A DNA stretch of 63,662 nt from Candidatus Eiseniibacteriota bacterium (GTDB lineage: Bacteria; ARS69): NCBI GenBank assembly GCA_052390515.1, contig JBQTGV010000179.1, positions 1 to 63,662 of the forward strand, in the 5' to 3' direction. Each line of letters begins with the position of its first letter. The stretch's first letter is position 1. Of this stretch, positions 29,477-37,507 are shown in pieces. Position numbers and translations under genes: made by a program. The notes under the pieces were generated by a model. It did no database searches. It was not told the origin of the DNA and saw only the letters and a list, made by a program, of their open reading frames with translations.

Positions 29477-29504
29477 GCGGGCCCCGGCCGAAACCGGAGC
29501 CCGC
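29477..29504 (-). terminator. Putative terminator hairpin downstream of the barrel gene
   Basis: GCGGGC(C)CCGG / CCGG(A)GCCCGC stem with a short T-containing tail on the minus strand. Confidence 0.5.
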
Positions 29505-29531
29505 CCGCAGAGCGGATTCGGGGAACCCGAA

Positions 29532-30752
29532 CTAGAAGCCCACGGTCCCCTGCGCGTACGCCCAGAAGGCCGACTCGTCTCCGAGCAGGTTCTCGGTCAG
29601 GTCACCCGGCGAGAACACCCCGCCGCCGACCTGGGCCGACATGCCCGACTCGAGATCCTTGGAGATCACCAGGTCGAACTCGTTGCCGATTCCGTTCCGG
29701 TCGCCGCCGCCGGCCGGAAGCGTCACGTCGATGTCGCTGGTGAAGCGGTGGACGGCGCCCTTGAGCATCACGCCCTGAGGCGTCTCGACCCATGCCTTGA
29801 GGAACACGTCGCGCAGCCCGAGTCCGCCGGCGTCCACGATGTTGTGCGCGATGTCCATGAGTCCGTGGTACTTGTGATCGTCGAAGTACAGATTGTCGTA
29901 CGCCGCGTCGTCGCCCTCGGCCGGGTCGTCACCGGAGTAGATGGAGTATCCACCCGCGATGCCCGAGCTGCCGTCCAACGCGCCCGACGCGTCGACAGCC
30001 AGCATGGCATTCGCCAAGTAGGCCTTCGCATCGCTGCCCGCGACTTGGCCGGTCTGGTAGACGAGATCGCTCGTGACGCGGATCCGCCCGGACTCGAAAG
30101 CACCGTGGTTCCCGAGCGAGGTCATGAACGAGTCGAACGCGTCGTTCTCCTTGTAGAGGATCAGCGGCTCGAGCGAAAGGTTCGGATCGGCGACCTGGAT
30201 GTGCCACACTCCGAACGCGATGTTCTCGTCGACGCTGGTCGTGGCCTCCTCGGACACCTTCCCGAACCCGAGGTCCAGCCACTGCTCGTCGTCGAAGCTC
30301 ATGCGAGCCCGCGCCGCGTCGAAGGAACGACCCACGTTGCTCCAGTCGTTCACCGCGAACACGCGGCCGGCTCCGTAGTACAGCTCGTGCCGGCCCAGGA
30401 TCCACTCCAGCCCTTCGATGTTGGGGTCTTGAAGCCGAGCGACGGCCTGGTGGATGTCCACGTTCTCCGTGTCGTTCAGGGTGCTTCCCTCGTCGCCCCA
30501 GATCCGCGAGTCCTGGAGCTGGATCATGACTTCCGCGCCCTTGTCGTTCTTCGCCGTGGCGCTGAGCCGGGTTCTCTGGAAGACGGTGTGCTCGGCGCTC
30601 ACGTCCGGGGCGAACGAGCGGTCGTCGGCCTCGTAGCGGATCCGGACGTCGCCGTCCCACTGGACCTCGGCGGCCAGGGTCTGCGCGCCGGTGATTGCGA
30701 TCAGGGCCATTCCCGCCACCGCGGAAACGCCGCCCGAGAACATGCGAACCAT
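29532..30752 (-). CDS. Alginate-export-family outer-membrane beta-barrel protein
   Basis: Signal peptide; GDVRIRYE, QLQDSRIWG, GRHELYYG, WSNVGRSFDA, GNEFDL; ends in Phe. Confidence 0.8.
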   Translation of the reverse strand: MVRMFSGGVSAVAGMALIAITGAQTLAAEVQWDGDVRIRYEADDRSFAPDVSAEHTVFQRTRLSATAKNDKGAEVMIQLQDSRIWGDEGSTLNDTENVDIHQAVARLQDPNIEGLEWILGRHELYYGAGRVFAVNDWSNVGRSFDAARARMSFDDEQWLDLGFGKVSEEATTSVDENIAFGVWHIQVADPNLSLEPLILYKENDAFDSFMTSLGNHGAFESGRIRVTSDLVYQTGQVAGSDAKAYLANAMLAVDASGALDGSSGIAGGYSIYSGDDPAEGDDAAYDNLYFDDHKYHGLMDIAHNIVDAGGLGLRDVFLKAWVETPQGVMLKGAVHRFTSDIDVTLPAGGGDRNGIGNEFDLVISKDLESGMSAQVGGGVFSPGDLTENLLGDESAFWAYAQGTVGF

Positions 30753-30987
30753 CTATTTCCTCCTGCGACGGGGGACGCGCCGGCCCGGAGAGACGCTTCC
30801 CCGGGTCCGTTCACCGAATGAAACGCCGTATGGGTTACCACGAAATCCGCGAGTGCACTACCGGGATCTGCCACAAAAGTAATCTCCCGCAAGGGAGTGC
30901 AGCAGACAGCTATCAACTCTGGCGTGGAGCGCTCGGCGCACCGTTCGGCCGGTGTATGCTGCCGGTGGGCCCTCGGGGAGGGAGGCG

Positions 30988-31863
30988 ATGCCGGAGCTTC
31001 CGGAGCTGACCGTCTACCGTGAGCGGCTGGCACAGGCGCTCGCCGGCCGCCGGGTCGGGAGTGTAGCCCTTCGGGACAGCTTCGTGCTCCGGACGGTCGA
31101 GCCAGCCGTCGCCACGGCCGAGGGCCGGCTCGTCACGGGTGCGTCCCGTCGCTCCAAGTTCCTGATCGTCGAGCTGGAAGGCCCGCTCTGCTTCGCGTTC
31201 CACCTCATGCTGTCGGGCCGGCTGCACTTGAAGCGGCACGAGTCGTTTCGCCCCCACGCCAGGCGCACGGTCCTCTCGGTGCACTTCGACGGTGGGACGG
31301 TCCTGGAGATGACCGAGGCGGGCAAGGAGCGACGGGCCTCCCTGCACATGCTGCGGCGGCCCTCCGACCTCCCGCGGATCGAGCGGGGGATCGAGCCGCT
31401 TTCCGAAGAGTTCACCGCGGACCTCCTGGCTCGGATCCTCCGCGAGCGCAACCGCCAGCTCAAGGGCGCCTTGCGGGACCCCGAGCTCGTCTCCGGTCTG
31501 GGCAACGCCTACTCGGACGAGATCCTCTTCGCGGCCCGGCTCTCGCCCCTGCGAATGACCGCGCGGCTCGACGACGCCGAGATCGCCCGGTTGCATGCCG
31601 CCATCCGGGACACCGTCGAACTCTGGATCGGCCGGATCCGCGCCGTGTGCCCCGAGGGGCTGCCGGTGAAGCAGGACCTGTGGCGCCGGGATATGGCGGT
31701 CCACGGCCGGGCCGGCTCGCCCTGCCCGCAATGCGGCGGGGTCATCAGCCGGATCTCCTTCCGGGGCTCGGAGACCTGCTACTGCCCCGATTGCCAGAAC
31801 GAAGGCCGGCTGCTGGCCGACCGCCGGCTCTCCCGGCTCGGCATCCGCCGCCGCGGCGTGTGA
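30988..31863 (+). CDS. Fpg/Nei family DNA glycosylase
   Basis: N-terminal MPELPE, HLMLSG, H2TH motif GLGNAYSDE, zinc finger CPQC...CPDCQ, tail LADRRLSRL. Confidence 0.92.
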   Translation: MPELPELTVYRERLAQALAGRRVGSVALRDSFVLRTVEPAVATAEGRLVTGASRRSKFLIVELEGPLCFAFHLMLSGRLHLKRHESFRPHARRTVLSVHFDGGTVLEMTEAGKERRASLHMLRRPSDLPRIERGIEPLSEEFTADLLARILRERNRQLKGALRDPELVSGLGNAYSDEILFAARLSPLRMTARLDDAEIARLHAAIRDTVELWIGRIRAVCPEGLPVKQDLWRRDMAVHGRAGSPCPQCGGVISRISFRGSETCYCPDCQNEGRLLADRRLSRLGIRRRGV

Positions 31864-31928
31864 TCCGGCCCTTGCGCGATCCCGCCCCCTCCTGCGAACC
31901 TCCGGCTCGAACCGACCCGGGAGCGGGC

Positions 31929-32735
31929 ATGTCCGAATCGACCGAGAGCACAGCCGCCACCGAGGCCTCCACCCTGCTCGCCGGAAAGAAGGGATTGGTC
32001 GTCGGCGTGGCCAACGAGCGCTCCATCGCGTGGGGGATCGCGCGGCGGGCGGCGGCGGCCGGCGCCACCCTCGCCTTCACGTACCAGGGCGAAGCGCTGG
32101 AACGGCGGGTTCGTCCGCTGGCCGAGCAGGTGACCCGCGTCCCCATCATCGCCATGGACGTGACCGACGAGGCCCTCGTGGACGCCGCGTTCGCGCAGGT
32201 CTCCGAATCGCTGGGCTCGCTCGACTTCCTGGTCCACTCGATCGCCTGGGCCGACCGTACGGACCTCTCCGGAAGGACGCTGGACACGTCCCGGGAAGGG
32301 TTCCTCAAGGCGATGGAGATCAGCGTCTACTCGCTGCTGCTGCTGGCCCGCAAGGCCGAGCCGATCCTCAACGACGGCGCGAGCCTGCTCACGCTCTCGT
32401 ATCACGGCTCGGTAAAGGTCGTGCCCAACTACAACATGATGGGGATCGCCAAGGCCGCGCTCGAGGCGGCCGTCCGCTATCTCGCGGTCGACCTCGGGCC
32501 GCGCGGCATCCGCGTCAACGCGATCTCCGCCGGCCCGATCAAGACGCTGGCCGCGTCCGGCGTGTCCGGGCTTCGCGGCATGCTGGCCGACGCCGCGGAG
32601 CGTGCTCCCCTCAAGCGCAACGTGGACACCGACGACGTCGGGGGCGCCGGCGTGTATCTCCTGTCCTCCCTCTCGAAGGGAGTGACCGGCGAAGTGCACT
32701 ACGTGGACGCCGGCTTCAGCATCACCGCGATGTGA
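31929..32735 (+). CDS. fabI: Enoyl-ACP reductase
   Basis: GVANERSIAWGIA, YNMMGIAKAALE, RVNAISAGPIKTLAA, GEVHYVDAG. Confidence 0.96.
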   Translation: MSESTESTAATEASTLLAGKKGLVVGVANERSIAWGIARRAAAAGATLAFTYQGEALERRVRPLAEQVTRVPIIAMDVTDEALVDAAFAQVSESLGSLDFLVHSIAWADRTDLSGRTLDTSREGFLKAMEISVYSLLLLARKAEPILNDGASLLTLSYHGSVKVVPNYNMMGIAKAALEAAVRYLAVDLGPRGIRVNAISAGPIKTLAASGVSGLRGMLADAAERAPLKRNVDTDDVGGAGVYLLSSLSKGVTGEVHYVDAGFSITAM

Positions 32736-33195
32736 CCAGCGGATCGCCGAGCTCGCCGTCCAGGAATCGGCCAAGCTGGCGCGTGTGTCGTCCCGGGTGG
32801 CAAGTGGCGTGCTCCATCATCTGCTCGCCGTCGTAGACCTGACCCCAGCGCGTCTCGAAGCGGTTCTCCAGCATCGTGTCGGGCACCGGCTCGAGCGCCT
32901 CCCGCGCGAATCGCCCCACGTCGAGCAACGCGGCAGTGAACGTCTCCGGATCGGTGAGGCCGTTGGGGTCGAGGAATCTCCGCTCCGGGATCCTGCCGCC
33001 GCAGTGCTTCGCCACGTACGAGACATGGGCATAGCCTGCCTCGACCACGTGGCCCAGGATGGCGCGTATGCTTCCTTCTTCGCCGGGGACGCGGATGTCG
33101 TAGAGGTCGGCGGGGAGATCCCGGGCGAACGCCGCGAAGTCGACGAGGGCCCGCTCGAACTCCTCGACGAGCGCTCGTTTCACCGGATCGGTCAT
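32722..33195 (-). CDS. DinB family protein
   Basis: SIRAILGHVV and EHATCHPGRH histidine pattern of the DinB/YfiT four-helix bundle. Confidence 0.75.
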   Translation of the reverse strand: MTDPVKRALVEEFERALVDFAAFARDLPADLYDIRVPGEEGSIRAILGHVVEAGYAHVSYVAKHCGGRIPERRFLDPNGLTDPETFTAALLDVGRFAREALEPVPDTMLENRFETRWGQVYDGEQMMEHATCHPGRHTRQLGRFLDGELGDPLVTSR

Positions 33196-33251
33196 GGCAG
33201 ACTCCGGGGGCACCGGAGTCGGAGTATATCCCCCCCTTCGCGAGAACGTCG

Positions 33252-33944
33252 ATGGCTCACGCGCGTGCACTTGCCGACCGCATCGTCGCCTGCCGGCTCT
33301 GTCCGCGCCTTGTCGACCACTGCCGGACGGTCGCCCGGGTCAAGCGAAGGGCGTACCGGGACGAGAATTACTGGGGGCGGCCGGTGCCCTCCTTCGGCGA
33401 CCCGAATGCCCGGCTCCTGGTCGTGGGCCTCGCGCCGGGAGCGCACGGAGCCAACCGGACCGGGCGGGTGTTCACCGGCGACGAGAGCGGCCGATGGCTC
33501 TGGCGTGAGCTGCACGCGGCCGGTTTCGCCAGCTTGCCGGAGTCCCGTGGGCCGGACGACGGTCTCGCGCTTCGTGGCGCCTGCGTCTCCTGCGCGGTGC
33601 GCTGCGCGCCGCCCGGAAACCGCCCGACCACGGCCGAACGGGACGCGTGCCTCCCGTGGCTCGTCGAGGAGCTCGAGCGCCTCCGCGACCTCCGCGTGGT
33701 GATCGCGCTCGGCCGCTTCGCGTTCGACTCGGTGCGTCTGGCCTGGTCGCGCGCAAACCGCGCCGGGTGGGCCGGAAAGCTCGAGTTCGCGCACGCGCGG
33801 GAGTTTCACACCGAGGACGGTTGCTGCACCTTGATCACCAGCTATCATCCGAGCCGGCAGAACACGCAGACCGGTCGCCTCACCCGTGCGATGTTCCGGC
33901 GTCCGTTCGCCCGTGCCCGACGGCTCCTGGAGGCTTCGCCTTGA
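33252..33944 (+). CDS. Uracil-DNA glycosylase, family 5
   Basis: CRLCPRL Fe-S motif, GLAPGAHGANRTGRVFTGD, RCAPPGN, SYHPSRQN. Confidence 0.92.
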   Translation: MAHARALADRIVACRLCPRLVDHCRTVARVKRRAYRDENYWGRPVPSFGDPNARLLVVGLAPGAHGANRTGRVFTGDESGRWLWRELHAAGFASLPESRGPDDGLALRGACVSCAVRCAPPGNRPTTAERDACLPWLVEELERLRDLRVVIALGRFAFDSVRLAWSRANRAGWAGKLEFAHAREFHTEDGCCTLITSYHPSRQNTQTGRLTRAMFRRPFARARRLLEASP

Positions 33945-35182
33945 ACCTGCGCCCGGCATTCCACCCCAAGCAGCTCTATCGGGAGCTCTCCCGCCTGCTG
34001 TCCCACGGCGAAGGCGCGGAGTTCAGCCGCGAGTGGTTCGCCGCCCTCGTCGACGAGATCGTGGTTCGCCTCGGCGCCACGCTGCTCATCGACAGCGGCC
34101 GCGTCTACGAGGACCGCGGAGCGAAGGGATTCGAGCTCGTCCACCAGGTCGGGTCCAAGGACCCGCAGGCCATCGGAGTGCTGATCCGGCTGAACTACCG
34201 CCCACTTCAGCTCTTGCTCCAGCACGGCGTGTTCATCTTCGACCCGACGGTGCAGGGGCAGTCGGAGCGGCTGGAAAGGAGGCTCGGCGGGATGGAGTCG
34301 GCCGCGGTGCTCATCGGCTCCGAGCCGCGGCGCATCCTGGCGTTCGGGTTGACGCCGGGCTGGGAGCGCGACGACCTGGACTTCACGCTGCACACGATGC
34401 GCAACGTCATCGACGACCGCATCGGGGTGCAGCACCTCAAGACGGACCTGAACCAGGCGGCGGAGATTCAGCGCAGCCTGCTGCCGACCCGCGCGCCGGA
34501 GCTGCCCGGATTCACCGTGGCGGCCCGCTCCGAGGCCGCGGAGATCGTCGGCGGGGATCTCTTCGATTTCCTCCCGGGCGATCCCGACACGATCGTCCTC
34601 GCGGTAGGAGACGCGAGCGGTCACGGGCTGCCCGCGGCCCTGCTGGCCCGCGACGTCGTGACCGGGCTGCGCATGGGCTCGGAACGGTCGCTCAAGATCA
34701 CCCTGATCGTGAACCGCCTGAACCGGGTGATCGCACGCAGCATCCTCTCGACCCGCTTCGTCTCGTTGATCTACGCTGAGCTCGAGTCGAACGGCAACCT
34801 CTTCTACGTGAACGCCGGACACCCGCCGGCACTGATCAGCGGGCCGCGCGGACCGCGCCGCCTCACGATCGGCGGCACCATCATCGGGCCGCTGGCCACG
34901 AGCGTGTACAAGCGAGGCTGGGCGCACGTGGACCGGGGAGACACGCTCGCTCTCGTCACCGACGGACTGCTGGAGCGCGAGGACGCAGCCGGCAACATGT
35001 TCGGGGAGGCCGGGGTGCTCGCCGTGATGGAGGCCCAGGCGGGCCGCCCGGCGAGGGCCGTGCTGGATGCGATCTTCCGCGCCGCCGCCGAGTACGGCGG
35101 GGAGCAGCCGTGGGCGGACGACACGACGGCGGTGGTGATCGCGCGGGAGCCCGGCGGGGACCGCCCGGGCGAGGCAGGCTGA
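33941..35182 (+). CDS. SpoIIE/RsbU-type PP2C protein phosphatase
   Basis: TTG start overlaps the UDG stop; IQRSLLP, VGGDLFD, GDASGHG, NAGHPP, VTDGL, DDTT. Confidence 0.9.
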   Translation: MNLRPAFHPKQLYRELSRLLSHGEGAEFSREWFAALVDEIVVRLGATLLIDSGRVYEDRGAKGFELVHQVGSKDPQAIGVLIRLNYRPLQLLLQHGVFIFDPTVQGQSERLERRLGGMESAAVLIGSEPRRILAFGLTPGWERDDLDFTLHTMRNVIDDRIGVQHLKTDLNQAAEIQRSLLPTRAPELPGFTVAARSEAAEIVGGDLFDFLPGDPDTIVLAVGDASGHGLPAALLARDVVTGLRMGSERSLKITLIVNRLNRVIARSILSTRFVSLIYAELESNGNLFYVNAGHPPALISGPRGPRRLTIGGTIIGPLATSVYKRGWAHVDRGDTLALVTDGLLEREDAAGNMFGEAGVLAVMEAQAGRPARAVLDAIFRAAAEYGGEQPWADDTTAVVIAREPGGDRPGEAG

Positions 35183-35192
35183 GCGCGGCCCC

Positions 35193-36251
35193 TCAGCGCG
35201 CCGCCATCCGCTCCATGACTGCGCCGGCCACCAGCGGCCACGCGATCGTCGCGTCGGCGTAGACCTCGGCGTAGCGGCCACCCTCCTCGGGGGGCACGAA
35301 CTTCCCCCAGGACACGCCCTCGGAGTAGGTGCAGCCGGAGAGCCCGCCCCAGTGGGTCGGCTCGGGGCAGATACGCACGCCGTAGGTGAAGCGGACGAAG
35401 GCGCCCGCTCCGGGCACGCGCTTGTCCAGCACCTCCCAGAACGGTCCCACCTGCTGCGCCCAGTTGCGCGGGACGCCCCCGCCGATGGTGAAGATGCCGA
35501 GCCTCTTCTTCGTGCGGCACAGCTCCACGTAGTGCGAGAGGTCCAGGAACGCGTCGAAGACGAGCCGCTCGCGCCCGGCGCGCGCGCGACGTCGGTTCTC
35601 CACTTCGAAGTCGATGCCCAGCTCGGAGTCGGTGAACGCGGGAACGTAGACCGGAACGCCCCGCCGCCGCGCGGACGGCAGGATACCGCGCTGGTGGCCG
35701 CGCGCCAGGATCACGTCGGCGAGCAATTCGTGCACCCGGCGGCTGGAGAGGACTTCGCCCTCCACCGCCCCGAGCGCCTCGGCGACGATCTTCTCCACGT
35801 CGTCGAGGTTGCGCTCCAGCTCCAGCGTGTCGTACACGCGGTTGTAGCCCTTCTCGTAGAGCTCCTCGTCATCCATCCGCGGGTCGTACTTGAAGTGCGT
35901 CATCCCCGCGGTCTGCACGAACCCGTGCGCCATGAGCGCGCCGGTCGAGATCACCACGTCGAGCATCCCCGCCTCGATCATGTCCGTGAGCAGATGGCCC
36001 ATCATCCCGACGGTCATCGCTCCCGACAGCGTGGCGATGACGAGGCAGTCCCGGTCCTCCACCATTTCCTGCAGGATGTCCGCGGCTTCGCCGACGGCGC
36101 GCCCGCCGAACGACGTGGACTTCATCTGCTCGACGAGGTCCGACACCGTGCGCACCGCGGAGATCTCCAGTGGGCGGACCTCGACGAGGCCGTCCTGGAC
36201 CCCGTCGGCCCGTTCGCGAAGATCGGCGGGCCGTCCGGTCTTGTGCGCCAT
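35193..36251 (-). CDS. Deoxyhypusine synthase-like protein (probable polyamine/homospermidine synthase)
   Basis: STGALMAH, YNRVYD, PAFTDSE, IGGGVPRN, GGLSGCTYSEGVSWGK (catalytic Lys), ADATIAWP. Confidence 0.9.
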   Translation of the reverse strand: MAHKTGRPADLRERADGVQDGLVEVRPLEISAVRTVSDLVEQMKSTSFGGRAVGEAADILQEMVEDRDCLVIATLSGAMTVGMMGHLLTDMIEAGMLDVVISTGALMAHGFVQTAGMTHFKYDPRMDDEELYEKGYNRVYDTLELERNLDDVEKIVAEALGAVEGEVLSSRRVHELLADVILARGHQRGILPSARRRGVPVYVPAFTDSELGIDFEVENRRRARAGRERLVFDAFLDLSHYVELCRTKKRLGIFTIGGGVPRNWAQQVGPFWEVLDKRVPGAGAFVRFTYGVRICPEPTHWGGLSGCTYSEGVSWGKFVPPEEGGRYAEVYADATIAWPLVAGAVMERMAAR

Positions 36252-36335
36252 GGGGCCCCTCCCGTGGGAGCGGCGAGGCTAGCACAGCGCGGGGAGGATC
36301 GGGAACCGCGGCGCGCGACGGCGGTGCAGCCGCGT

Positions 36336-36812
36336 CTACGACGCGCCGTTCCGGGCGAAGCGCACCTTGAGGGTCAGCTCGTTCCCGACCTGTTCGTCGT
36401 AGCGGTGGTGCACTTCGTCCATCACGCTTCCGATGATTCCCAGGCCGTAGCCGCCGGTACGGAGCTCGTCGGTCCGCTGGACCTCGCGCGGGAGGCCGTC
36501 CGCTCCGCCGAGGGGATCGAAGCACTCCGCCGCGTCGGTCAGCACGGCGACCAGGCGATCGCCCTCCCGTTCCAGCGTGAGCGCCATCGGCCCGGGCTGG
36601 CGGCCCTGGTACGCGTGTCGGACCACGTTGGTCACCGCTTCCATGATGGCGAGGCGAATGCGGGTCGTCTCCGGCTCGTCCGCCGGAAGCGACAGGGCTT
36701 CGATGAGGTACAGCTGCACGAGGTTCGAGATGAGGCTCACGCTCTGCCGTGTCGCGACGGTGTCGATGCGCACACGGTGAGCTGCACTCGTGGTCGAGGC
36801 GGGTCCGGCCAT
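36336..36812 (-). CDS. RsbW/SpoIIAB-like anti-sigma factor Ser kinase (HATPase_c)
   Basis: EAVTNVVRHAY (N-box), FDP, GGYGLGII, MDEV, GNELTL. Confidence 0.88.
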   Translation of the reverse strand: MAGPASTTSAAHRVRIDTVATRQSVSLISNLVQLYLIEALSLPADEPETTRIRLAIMEAVTNVVRHAYQGRQPGPMALTLEREGDRLVAVLTDAAECFDPLGGADGLPREVQRTDELRTGGYGLGIIGSVMDEVHHRYDEQVGNELTLKVRFARNGAS

Positions 36813-36875
36813 GGAGTCATCCTTCGGGAAGTCCCTCGGGAAGAACGAGAGAACGCCGGGACTTTCCGCAATGGG

Positions 36876-36901
36876 ATCGGCTACGGTCCTCCGCCCATTG
36901 A
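36876..36901 (-). promoter_or_regulatory. Putative sigma28-like promoter for the RsbW-like gene
   Basis: Minus strand reads TCAA-N16-GCCGAT. Confidence 0.45.
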
Positions 36902-36936
36902 GGGAATCCCCTCGCCGGCCGTGTCGGGCGGCGTCG

Positions 36937-36963
36937 TCAAGGGGCGCTCCGGTTCGGCCGATA
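36937..36963 (+). promoter_or_regulatory. Putative sigma28-like promoter for the STAS gene
   Basis: TCAA-N16-GCCGATA. Confidence 0.5.
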
Positions 36964-37005
36964 CGGGATGAGCCAGTCCCCTTTCGCCCCAGTCCGGAGG
37001 TCATC

Positions 37006-37347
37006 GTGAACGTCGCCATCGAGAGGAAAGGGGCCGTCGCGGTCGTTCGCGTCGACGGAACCCAGATCGGAGCGGACACAGCCGAGCAGTTCCGGTCGGG
37101 GATCCTCTCCGGGATCGAGCCCAAGGGCGCGAAGCTCGTGATCGACCTCTCCGGCGTCGACTTCATCGACAGTTCGGGCCTCGGAGCCCTGGTGAGCCTG
37201 CTCAAGGCGGTTCGGCCCGACGGAGACCTCGTCCTCTTCGGAATGAAGTCCGGAGTCCGCGAGATCCTGCGCCTCACGCACCTGGATGCGGTGTTTCCCT
37301 GCCAGAAGGACGAGGCGTCGGCTCTGGCTGCGTTCGCGCGGCGCTAG
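37006..37347 (+). CDS. STAS-domain anti-sigma-factor antagonist (RsbV/SpoIIAA-like)
   Basis: GTG after GGAGG; VIDLSGVDFIDSSGLGAL contains the phosphoacceptor Ser. Confidence 0.92.
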   Translation: MNVAIERKGAVAVVRVDGTQIGADTAEQFRSGILSGIEPKGAKLVIDLSGVDFIDSSGLGALVSLLKAVRPDGDLVLFGMKSGVREILRLTHLDAVFPCQKDEASALAAFARR

Positions 37348-37507
37348 TGTCGCGTCTCGAAAGAAATGTTCAGATGACTTCGCTTACGCTCGCTCGGCGT
37401 CCGTGCCTCGCTCGCTTCGTTGCCGCCGGCCGCCGCCGGCCATGGCTCCGGACACGGCGGCTACGACGCTCAGCCATCTGAACACTTCCTTCGAGACGCG
37501 GCGCTAG
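37344..37507. mobile_element. MITE-like non-autonomous element bounded by CTAG, with long terminal inverted repeats
   Basis: 37344-37379 and 37472-37507 are 36-nt inverted repeats with 5 mismatches, each ending in CTAG; no transposase. Confidence 0.7.
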
